Assembly: GCF_018350175.1 (NCBI RefSeq)
Contig: NC_058379.1
Span: forward strand, 8,494,001 to 8,558,000
Length of the DNA: 64,000 bases
Reading direction: 5' to 3'
Source of the DNA: Felis catus
Taxonomy: Eukaryota
This document shows positions 26,501 through 36,800 of this stretch, one piece after another. Positions within the stretch are counted from its first letter, which is position 1, and every line of letters begins with the position of its first letter. Both the position numbers and the translations under genes were made by a program. The notes under the pieces are model-generated. The model worked only from the letters and a program-made list of their open reading frames with translations, was not told the origin of the DNA and searched no databases.

Positions 26501-29500
26501 AGCTGGTCTGTAAGAGAGAGAAAAAGGCAGAGAAAGACAGAAAGCCGGCTTTAGTTTCTGTTAGTTTTTGTGTTTTGGGTTCTAGTCTCTCATAAAGCCT
26601 TCCTCTTGGGTTTTGTAAGAGATTCCCTTATTCATTCTAAATAATCCTTTTATATAAGGTGGCTTGAGTGCTTTATGTTGGGTGCAACGAAACAATCCCA
26701 AAGCAATGCAATGATGTTTTTTCAAGGAAGATGACTATTCAACCTGCCTCCTCCACCCCACTCGCACCCACTTCCAGCCACTCTAACGTCCTGATGGCAC
26801 AAATATCATTAATAGAAATCAGAAGCCAACCAAAGAGAATTTCCCATATTCCCACCACCACTATTACATGGTGCCTTCCACCCTGCCTTCCCTCTGCTTG
26901 CAAGGAAGAAGCACCCCACTCCAGGGACACCTGGTGGTTCAGTCAGTGGAGCATGCAATTCTTGATCGCGGCGTTAAGTTTGAGCCCCATGTTGATTCTA
27001 TTTCTTAAAATAGAAGAGATAATTTCTTTAAAAAAAAAAAAAAGCCCCCCACTCCTAGTGAAGGCGAAACTCTCCACTTGTTTGGGATTTCCCCTCCCTT
27101 TCTCACTCGTGAAGTTATTCCCACCATCTGGCATTTTCAGTTTCTTTTTCTACTGGATCGTTCTCTTCAGCAATCAAGTCCGACCCAGTGTTCCAGTTAG
27201 CATCTCCAACGTTAAAAGGAAACCTCCCTTGACCTTCCTATCCCCTCCAGTTCTCATCCCACTTCTCTGCTCCTTTCACAGTGAAACTTTGTCTCCTGTC
27301 CGCGTCACTGCATCACCTCCGGGCCACTCTTCAAACCGCTCTGCTGAAACCTCTAGGCACAGTCACCACCAACCACTTCCATGTCCCCACGTCTAACACC
27401 CACTTCTGTCCTCATCTTACATGAACTCCTAACCATCAAGAACATCACCAAGCACAAGCTCTTTCTTGAAACTGTCTCTCCTCCTGGCTTCTGTGATACA
27501 ACATTTTTCTGGCTTTCCTATCTCACTGACTCCACTGCCTCCACCAGACTTCTGAAGATCAGACAACTTCAAGGCTTGGCCTTGGGTTCTCTTCTCTCAC
27601 CATACTTCCTCCTGAGATGATCTCATCCAGGCCTGGAGGCTTATGTTCTGTCTATATGCTGCTGATTTGCCAACTTGTATCTCTAGGCCAGACCTTGTCC
27701 CAGAGTCCCAGACTATTATATCCAATTGGTTCCCTGACGCTGCCTCTTAGATATGTCAGACATCTCCAGCTTAGTAAGTGCAAAGAGAACTGCCCTAAAC
27801 CTAAACAGACTTGTCCTCCTTCCTGGTAAATGGTACCACATGCTCTCTTCAGCAATTCAGGACACTCAAGTCAGAGATCTCAGAGTCACCCTTGATGATT
27901 CCTCCCTTTCTTACACCCTTCTGGTTCACTCTCCCACAGAATGCTAATTCCATTTGCAAAGTAGATACCAAATCCATCTGCTTCTTTCCATCTGTACCAT
28001 AACCACACTAGTCCAAGCCACCTAGACATTTTTAAGAGCCATACTGCTAGTCCCTGCTACTCCTGACCCCTAGAATCTGTTTTTCATCTGGGAGTCAGTA
28101 TCTTTAAAAATGTATATTGGGGCACCTGGGTGGCTCAGTGAGTTAAGCATCCAACTCTTGACTTTGGCTCAGGTCATGACCTCACAGTTCATGAGTTCGA
28201 GCCCCTTGCTGGGGCTGACTGTGCAGAGCCTGCTTGGGATTCTCTCTCTGCCCCTCTCCCCACTTGTGCTTGCTCTCTCTCTCAAAATTAATAAACTTAA
28301 AAAAAAAAAGATGACTGTATTTATTTAAAAAAAAAAGTACATCGGATGTCAATCCCCTCCTCTGCTTTAAACCCTCCAATGGTACTCTATTGCTGACAGG
28401 TACTATAGATTGAATGTTTGTGTCCCCTTGAAATTCCTGTGTTGAATACCTAATGCCCAAGGTGATAATATTAGGAGCTGGAGCCTTTGGGAGGCAACTG
28501 GGTCATGAGGATGGTGTCTCATGAATGGGGTTAGTGCTCTAATAAAAGAGGCCCCAGAGAGGTCCCTTGTCCCCTTCCATAATATGAGGACATGGGAGTC
28601 AGCAGTCTGCCACCTAGAAGATGTCCGTGACCAGAACCTGACTCTGCTGGCATCCTGATCTTGGACTTCCAGCCTCCAGAACCATGAGAAACACATTTCT
28701 GTTGTTTATAAGCTGCCCTGCCTGTGGGGTTTTGTTAAGGCAGCTCAAATGGACTAAGAACACAGGATAAAACCCAAACTTCTCATGTCCTACTGGCATT
28801 TCTTTGCTTCACTCATTATGTTCCAGCTCATTGACATACTTGCTTTTTCTTGAACACACCAAACCCCTTCCTGTCTCTAGACTGTTTATTGCCCTGACGT
28901 TCCCTCATCTTGGAAGGCCTCTCCCCTGCTTGGTGAGCACATTACTATCATCATCAGGTCTGGGTCCAAATCTCCCTTCCTGAGACTTTTCCACGACTAC
29001 CCTTCCTAAACCAACTTCCCCACTTATTCCCTCTCATCAGCCTATTTGCAATCCTTAGGACAATCTGCAATGTTTATAAAGCATGTGCTCAACTGAATGA
29101 ATAAATTAAAAGAATTTTAAAAAACAAAACAGGCTGGTTACTTATACTATGATCAGCAGTAAACCTGATTCACCACAGCAGGACTAAGCATGAAAGGGAC
29201 AGAAGGGAAGTGTGACAAGGGAGGAGTCTACTCACTTAATTCTTAAACCAAAGACCAGGAAAGGATACTGTCACCTATGTCCACATGAGTGGATGTCACC
29301 AAATGACATTCAGCCTCATGCTGTTCACTATAAAACAGGGAAGCAAACTGTAGTAATTAAAAATTTCAGCTTTTGTGCCAAGCAACCTGCACTTATGGTT
29401 TCTCCACCCCCTTATTTTTCCTGAAGGAGGGGGAAGGCCCTGCTGAGGACTCACCAGCCATCACGGAGTAGTTGAAGTGTTCTGCTGCAGGATCTAGGTT

Positions 29501-32500
29501 CACAACTTGGACAGATCGATTCAGGGCTTCACAGTGCTGGACCATGGTGGCACAGTAGGTGCTCTGTAATGTCACAAGGCATGAGGGGTCAAAGCAACAG
29601 GCAGAGTAGTACAGCCCCCTACACCCCCAGGAGGACTCTCCATATCCCTTGGTTAGTATCCACTAAGGGTAAAACTATGCCTTTATTGACCAAAAATCTG
29701 ACTGAAAACAGGAAAGGTACTGGGCTGGGAGTCAGGGACACCAGACTGGGCTGCGGATCCAGACCTGGCTGGGACTCATGCGTAACTTTAGGGAAATTGC
29801 TTCTCTACTTTGCTCATTTGTTTCCTTCCTTCCTTCCTTCCTCCCTCCCTCCCTCTTCTTTTTTTTTTAAGGTTTTATGTTTGTTTATTTAATTTAAAAA
29901 CTTTTTTTTAACCTTTATTTAGTTTTGAGAGACAGAAACAGAGCATGAGTGGGGGAGGAGCAGAGAGAGAGAGAGGGAGACACAGAATCTGAAGCAGGCT
30001 CCAGGCTCCAAGCTGTCAGCAGAGAGCCCAACGTGGGGCACAAATCCACGAACCATGAGAGCATGACCTGAGCCAAGGTCAGACACTTAACTGACTGAGC
30101 CACCCAAGTGCCCCTATTTATTTTTTGAGAGAGAGCGGGGGGGAGGGGGGGGCGCAGAGAGGAGAAACAGAATCCCAAGCAGGCTCCACACCATTAGCAC
30201 AGAGCCATATGCAGGGCTCGAATTCATGAACTGCGAGATCATAACCCGAGAGAAGAACAAGAGTTAGACGCTTAACTAAGCCACCCAGGCGCCCCTTAAG
30301 ATTTTAAGTAATCTCTACACCCAACATGGGGCTTGAATTTATAACCCTGAGATCAAGAGATGCATGCTGTGCGGAATGAACCAGCCAGGTGCCCCCCCTG
30401 CTCAGTTTTCTAATCTCTTAACTGGGATGACCTCTACGATCACTAAGGCTCCCTGCTGCTCTAACATGCAAAAAGTGGAATTTAAGAAGATTTCTGATCA
30501 TACCATGCAGCACACACAATGTCTATGTAACACACAATATCCTTACCAGGATGATTACAGTCCAAACAAAGATTTAGGTAGGGTGGTCAGGGATGATGTC
30601 CCTGAGGGGGGAATGTTTGAGCCAAGGGATGTGAATGTGCTTGCCAGCCAGGGGAAGAATATTTCAAGATGAGAGCACACCGAGGTCAATAAATAGCCTA
30701 GAGATAGGCTATCAGTTTGCAACTTTTGGTTTAGAGAATTCTTTATCCCTCATGTAATCCTTAACACACTATGGTAAAATCTCTAGGCTACTTGTCTGTC
30801 TTTACTACTCTCTATTTAAGGGCAGGGATGTGTTGGGGCACCTGGGCGACTCGGTCGAGTATACGACTCTTGATTTCAGCTCAGGTGGTGATCCCAGGGT
30901 TGTGGGATTGAGCCCTGTGTCAGGCTCCATGCCCAGTGTGGACCCTGCTTGAGATTTTCTCTCTCTCTCTCTCTCTCTCAGATTTTTTCCCCTCTCTCTC
31001 TGTCCCTCTCTCCCACTTGTGCGCTCTCTAAAATTGAAAAAAAGAAGAGAAAAAAGAAAAGAAAAAAAAAAAGGGCAAAAGAAAGAAAGAAAAAAAAAAA
31101 GGGCAAGGATGTGTCTTATTCAGTTTTACAAGCCCAGAAACTAGCATGGCACCTGATACATAATAAATGCTTGATAATTGTTTCTAATTGGCTGACTTAA
31201 TATGTTCAGATATAAACTCTACAAGGGCAGAAATGTGTGTATGTTTGTGTATGTGTGTTTTATTCACTATTCAACCCCCGGGGCCCAGAACAGTGCCTGG
31301 CAAAAAGAACATGCTCAGTGAGTACTTTGGATAGCAGGCATCAAAAATTTAGAGAAAGGTACTTGTCTAACACAGTCAGAAAATTCATCTGGGGGCACCT
31401 GGGTGGCTCAGTCAGTTAAGCGTCCGACTTCAGCTCAGGTCACGGTCTCACGGTTTGTGAGTTCGAGCCCCGCATCAGGCTCTGTGCTGACAGCTCGGAG
31501 CCTGGAGCCTACTTCGGATTCTGTGTCTCCCTTGCTCTCTGCCCCTCCCGTGCTCATGCTCTGTCTCTCTTTGTCTCTCTCAAAAATGAATACACGTTAA
31601 AAAAGTTAAAAAAAAGAAAAAGAAAAGAAAATTGATCTGGAATATAGAAGATAACTTCTATTACCCTTTCTCCTCAGTGACTTTTCACATACCATTCTCT
31701 CTGCCTAACAGGAGGCCCTCTCCGTGCATCACACTATATATTTTTTTTATTTTTTTTTTTCAACGTTTATTTATTTTTGGGACAGAGAGAGACAGAGCAT
31801 GAACGGGGGAGGGGCAGAGAGAGAGGGAGACACAGAATCGGAAACAGGCTCCAGGCTCTGAGCCATCAGCCCAGAGCCCGACGCGGGGCTCGAGCTCATG
31901 GACTGCGAGATCGTGACCTGAGCTGAAGTCGGACGCTTAACCGACTGAGCCACCCAGGCGCCCCATATATTTTAATTAACAAGACACCTATCAGCCTTCC
32001 CAAATAGACTACAGGCACTGGGTAGGCAAGGGCTATATTACAGTCACATGTAGATCTCCTGCACCCAGAAGAGGTCAAGCCTTAGAACAGTGTCTTCAAG
32101 ATTGAAGCCAGACAACACTTCCAGACTCCCGAGCTTTTCACACTCCTGTTATCTGACCAGTATCTTCACCATTTCTGCAATATCTGAATGACCCTCGTAT
32201 CACTCTGCTAATACTTGCTTACAAGAAAAAAATAATCTCTATTGTAAACAGGAAGCCAGGTATATTTATCATAACATGAAGGTAACCGTAAAATTAAATT
32301 AACCGTAAAATTAAAGGTACCTTAAAAGGTACCTTTAAAGGTCTATTTGTTCTAGCTAAATACAAATGTCTGTCAAAAGCTCTGAGTCTAAGATCCGACC
32401 TCTGAAGAGACCTGGGGATTAAAGAAGTGTTAGATATACAAGCACCAAACTGCCAATTTCACCTCAATGCAAACTGAAAGAGAATTGAAAAGGGAGTAAC

Positions 32501-33047
32501 TTTCTCAATACATGATTCAATACTCACTAATGTTAGGTCCGTGTACCTCCTAAAAGCGCCTCAAATACCAGAAGTCCACGTCTCAACCTCTAAGAAACAG
32601 TGATTAATGCGACCACACTTGAACCTTCTATGAGCGCGAGAGGGCCGGATTCTGGGGTTACACAAAGCGATTCAAATTCCAGCCGTCACTTACTAGCTGT
32701 GTGATCCTGGGCAAAGAACTTAACATTTCTGTGTCTCGTTTTCTGTAAAATGAGAATAGGACTTCTCGCACAGTGTTTAAACGCAGTATCTGGGGTACAG
32801 GCACATTATAAACACTAGCAACCATCGTTAGTTACTCCACTTTCAGAACCACAACAAAAAGAGCACTGAAGCACAGACTGCAGAGGCGAGCTGCCCAGGG
32901 TCCCCAGTAAACGCACGCGCCGGTCCCGCCGACAGGACTAGAACCTCCCTGCCTCCCACGAGCTCGGACTTTTCTCTTCTTCTCCCGCCAAATGCTCACC
33001 TTCCCGCTGCCTGCCGGGCCCATGACCAGCTGCGCATACCGAGGCAT
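20467..33047 (-). CDS. GPN3: GPN-loop GTPase 3, 8 coding exons, 284 aa
   Basis: Exons 33047-33000, 29563-29455, 24729-24562, 23337-23213, 22515-22400, 22278-22182, 21218-21090, 20529-20467 sum to 855 nt; P-loop GPAGSGKS, GPNGG loop and DCPGQ motif present. Confidence 0.98.
21090..21218 (-). CDS. GPN3: GPN3 exon 7 (129 nt)
   Basis: tag|[43 protein letters not shown]|gtaa. Confidence 0.97.
21591..22168 (+). mobile_element. Two CanSINEs in GPN3 intron 6 (21591-21776, 21951-22168)
   Basis: gcctgggtggctcag heads and AATAAA-containing tails. Confidence 0.88.
22182..22278 (-). CDS. GPN3: GPN3 exon 6 (97 nt)
   Basis: aag|(K)[32 protein letters not shown]|gtaag. Confidence 0.95.
22400..22515 (-). 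CDS. GPN3: GPN3 exon 5 (116 nt)
   Basis: cag|[38 protein letters not shown]|gtgag. Confidence 0.96.
23213..23337 (-). CDS. GPN3: GPN3 exon 4 (125 nt)
   Basis: tag|[42 protein letters not shown]|gttt. Confidence 0.96.
23603..24000 (+). mobile_element. Tandem CanSINE pair (second inserted in the tail of the first)
   Basis: Heads at about 23603 and 23788; flanking repeat aaaattcacaattt. Confidence 0.88.
24562..24729 (-). CDS. GPN3: GPN3 exon 3 (168 nt)
   Basis: cag|[56 protein letters not shown]|gtaag. Confidence 0.97.
24988..25224 (-). mobile_element. CanSINE
   Basis: Typical body with extended (GA)n. Confidence 0.9.
25830..26431 (+). mobile_element. Two CanSINEs (25830-26038; 26187 into N-run)
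   Basis: Heads ggggcacctgggtggct and ggggtgcccgggtggctcag. Confidence 0.88.
26720..29105 (+). mobile_element. Long LINE-2 fragment carrying nested SINEs (~26922-27005, 28119-28330) and an MLT1A LTR
   Basis: C/T-rich L2 motifs: ggcttctgtgatac..ttctggctttcctatctcactgac, gatctcatccag, ctatatgctg; 3' end tgctcaactgaatgaat. Confidence 0.8.
28401..28761 (+). mobile_element. Complete MaLR solo LTR (MLT1A-like)
   Basis: tactatagattgaatgtttgtgtcccc...cttggacttccagcctccagaac..gagaaa..atttctgttgtttataagc...ggactaaga; 5-nt TSD acagg. Confidence 0.9.
29455..29563 (-). CDS. GPN3: GPN3 exon 2 (109 nt)
   Basis: cag|[36 protein letters not shown]|gtgag. Confidence 0.97.
29905..30395 (-). mobile_element. 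Cluster of three stacked CanSINEs
   Basis: Heads ending at about 30115, 30295 and 30395. Confidence 0.87.
30835..31100 (+). mobile_element. Older CanSINE with long A-rich tail
   Basis: Flanking repeat aagggca(g/a)ggatgtgt. Confidence 0.85.
31391..31630 (+). mobile_element. CanSINE
   Basis: Full body; flanking aaaatt(c/g)atctgg. Confidence 0.92.
31741..31964 (-). mobile_element. Young felid SINEC_Fc-type copy
   Basis: Near-identical to 3601-3835; TSD atatatttt. Confidence 0.95.
33000..33047 (-). CDS. GPN3: GPN3 coding exon 1 (48 nt)
   Basis: [16 protein letters not shown]|gtgag. Confidence 0.96.
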
Positions 33048-33801
33048 ACCGGCACTCCAAGTCCCGGGTGCTGCTGGCGGCTCGACACAAGGACCCACCG
33101 CCCCGCTCCCTTCAGCCTTCGCGCGGCGCTGACTGAATTCCGGGAACACGACTTGCGAACCAATCGCAATCCAAAGTCCTTCTGTACCTTCCGCTCTGCT
33201 ACATCCCGGACTACGGAGCATCCCGCAGGTCACATCTCGTGTGAAACGCGTTCTCAGGAAACTTCGGGGAGGGCGGTTCGCGTGTGCGCAGAAGTAGTTG
33301 ACGGAAATAGGCGGTTGGTAGGCTCGAGACGCTTGGTTGCCTTGGTGATAACGGTTAACGGACCACACTCAGCATCCCTGAGTCTGGGGCTTTGGTCTTT
33401 GGTTTGTGTACCGAGGTTTGACCTACATGGTGACTCTCAAGATTTTCAAATTTGTAAAGGGTCTGGAATACTAAGGTGCAAGGCACCTCCTGTTTTAGGG
33501 GACACGTATATTTCCTTATCGTGACTGATCCCTTCCACAAAAAAGATGCAAACGTGCAAGCGCGCAATCAACTAAAGAACTCCTGCCCCTCCCCCAATTT
33601 AACTCCTGCGTCGCGCATCTGCCCTCCCCGCTCTCCCGAAGCTATTCGGGCAGTGTCCGGAGCGCATCGGAGGGGGCTAGAATACCGCGTCCTCCTCTTC
33701 ACCCGCGATATCGCCCGGCCTGACGCACGCGTGCTGACGGGGGAGGGGAGAGGGGAAAGCCGCTTCCGCACGCCGCTCGAGGTCCGGGCACCCGGGAGGA
33801 G

Positions 33802-33893
33802 ATGCCGGGCCAGGGTCCGGTGTCCGACTGGACAGAATGCAGCTCTTCTGCAGAGCCTCCCGCAGTGGCCAGAACCGAGGGTGGCGGCGGCGG
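33802..33893 (+). CDS. FAM216A: FAM216A coding exon 1 (92 nt)
   Basis: gagATGCCGGGC...GGCGG|gtgag; MPGQGPVSDWTECSSSAEPPAVARTEGGGG. Confidence 0.88.
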
Positions 33894-36800
33894 GTGAGGC
33901 TGAGGGGCCCTGACGGGTTAGGGAGGACGGCGACCGACCCTGGGTCGTGATCCCTAGTGGAGGAGGGGGTGGGAGTTGACTGCTCCAATAGACTGGTCCC
34001 CAGTGCACTGAAGCGAGAGGAGGGAGAACCTTTGTTGTGGCCGGAGTGGAACAAATGGAAGCCGACTCACAGTTTAGGGGAAGGGCTTGTGAGATAAGGT
34101 TGAGTGTTGGTGCAATGACTAAACGCGGTGATTGCGACAATTGCCTGGGTGCCTTTTTCTGCCCCGAGGGGGCGCTGCTAAACCTGCTGGAAAATATGCC
34201 GTCTGGTCACAGGATCTCTACAAAAAGAGGGGGTGGGGGATAGAGCAGAAAGGGAGGTTCAACGGAAGACTTCCAAGTCAATAAATCAGTGCCGTATGTG
34301 CGACATTAGCCACCTTCGTGTCCAAGGGATTCATAATGCCAATGAGACGGATAATTAGGGATATTAGAGGCACCTTGATCTTGATATTTTCTTCCCACAT
34401 AAGTTTTTCTTCGTAAATCCATTTTATTTTAAGCAGGGTGGGTTTTTTTGTTTGTTTTTTGTTTTTTCATTTTTTTGTTTTGTTTTGTTTTTACTATTAT
34501 TTACAGGATGCTGAAGACAATTAGTCTTCGGTACCTCCTCATCCCTTCCATCAGTTATTACCTAAAAGTGAGAGCTGCCAGGTGTTTCTCTCCAATTCAG
34601 CACACAGTCATGGCTCCTGCCATATAAAACAAAATGACCATAATGTACTGAAGACTTTTAAAGATGTGGTCCTGTCTTTCTTGAGTGCTTGACAAAGTGT
34701 GGGATCCTAAATGTATCAGGAGATAAATGAACACTTGGTCACTGAATAAACCGAAGGAAGAGACAAGGAAGGGAGTTTTGTCTTAATTTGAAAAAAGAAA
34801 AAAGAACTTGTACAAAAATAGAAATATTCCAGACCAATTTATCAGTTCCAGTACACCTTAATTACATACAGTAAAGAACAAGATAGTCTCCTCCATAGCA
34901 AGTTACTTGATTAAAAATAAAGAGAGCAAGAAAATGCCACGGATAACACAGAAGCCCAAACTACTTTATTGAGCTCAAAGTAGGAATTAGATTAAAAAGG
35001 CTATAAAAGTAAGACCAAATCTGGCTTAAAGTAAATCCTTTCTAGTAAAAACCTCAGATAACTCACTTTGAAAAAGCCTGGAGCCATTAGGATATAACCA
35101 GGATTAGAGGAGAACATTTACAAGATGTTCTGTCTGATGGAAACATGAAAAGTAAAAAGCATACTCGATACTGCCCTTTTTTCATTTAAAATACTTTTTA
35201 GAAATACGTTTATTTATTTATTTTTGAGGCAAAGTGTGCCTGTGTGCGAGTAGGGGAGGGGCAGACACGGAGACTGGAGACAGAAGATTCCAAGCGGGCT
35301 GGGAGCTCAAACCACCAACGAGGAGACCATCACCTGAGCCTAAATTAATAATGAGTTTCTCAACAGACTCAGCCACCCAGGCATCCCTAAAATATGTGCT
35401 TTCTTTAATGTTTATAAAGCTGTCAATTATTGCATATTATTTAAATCTTTTTTTCCCCAACAGATCACCTGGACTTTCTTATTATCAGAATTCCAAAGGT
35501 ATTGGTGAGTAGAGCATATACAACAGATAATACCTATAAATAACATGGTTTAGAGATGCTAATTTTGCTGTAACTACAAACAATGGAGTTTTAAAAATAG
35601 ACTTTATTGGCATCCTGAACTTAAAATTTTGGGGGGTGCCTGGGTGGCTCAGTCGGTTGGGCATCCAACTTCGGCTTAGGTCATGATCTCACGGTTCGTG
35701 GGTTCGAGCCCCCCGTTGGGCTCTGTGCTGACAGCTCAGAGCCTGGAGCCTGCTTCGGAGTCTGTGTCTCCCTCTCCCTCTGCCCCTCATGCTCTGTATC
35801 TCTCTCTCCTTCAGATATAAATAAACATTAAAAAGAACAATCCAGGCTTTTTCTCTTGTTAAAATATCTAATATCAAGTATTTATTTTTTAAAAAATTGT
35901 TTTTAAGGGTTTTTAAAATTTTTTTTTTCAACGTTTATTTATTTTTTTTTGGGACAGAGAGAGACAGAGCATGAACGGGGGAGGGGCAGAGAGAGAGGGA
36001 AACACAGAATCGGAAACAGGCTCCAGGCTCTGAGCCATCAGCCCAGAGCCTGACGCGGGGCTCGAACTCACGGACCGCGAGATCGTGACCTGGCTGAAGT
36101 CGGACGCTCAACCGACTGCGCCACCCAGGCGCCCCTTTTTAAGGGTTTTTAAAAATTGTTTATTTTGACAGAAGGAGTGCGCATGCACATGGGGGAGGGG
36201 CAGAGAGAGGGTTACAGAGGATCTGAAGCGGGTTTTGTGCTCACAGCAGAGAGCCTGATGCAGGGCTCAAACTCAAGAACCTTGAGGTCAATGACTGAAG
36301 CTGAAGTGTATGCTTAGGATGCTTAACTGACTGAGCCACCCAGCCGCCCCCCACATCAAGCATTTTAAAAAGAGTACTTCATGGGGCGCCTGGGTGGCGC
36401 AGTCGGTTGAGCGTCCGACTTCAGCCAGGTCACGATCTCGCGGTCCGTGAGTTCGAGCCCCGTGTCGGGCTCTGGGCTGATGGCTCAGAGCCTGGAGCCT
36501 GTTTCTGATTCTATGTCTCCCTCTCTCTCTGCCCCTCCCCCGTTCATGCTCTGTCTCTCTCTGTCCCAAAAATAAATAAACGTTAAAAAAAAAAAAGAGT
36601 ACTTCAAAATAGCAATGAATCTGAAAAGAATTGTGTTTATAACTGATGTTTGAAATGTCCTAGGTATGGCCTGGGGTTTATACACAAATTGAAGGGAAAA
36701 GTTCTGACTAGAATAACTTCAAAGGATGTAAAATATTTCTCATTGCTGCTATTTTCCCTCTCACTTGAAATAAAGGATAAAACTGCTGGAATTAAGAGAG

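Larger units (their letters stand above)
32880..34000. promoter_or_regulatory. Bidirectional CpG-island promoter GPN3 (-) / FAM216A (+)
   Basis: ATGs at 33047 (-) and 33802 (+); CpG-rich; CCAAT at 33160-33164; X-box-like GTTGCCTTGGTGAT at 33336-33349. Confidence 0.85.

Noticed and set aside
26668-27396. 242-aa + strand ORF
   Set aside because: Non-ATG start; lies in degraded L2 and reads through a short SINE and its A tail.
33476-34140. Overlapping 125-190 aa ORFs at the FAM216A promoter
   Set aside because: CpG-island artefacts in frames other than the real exon 1.
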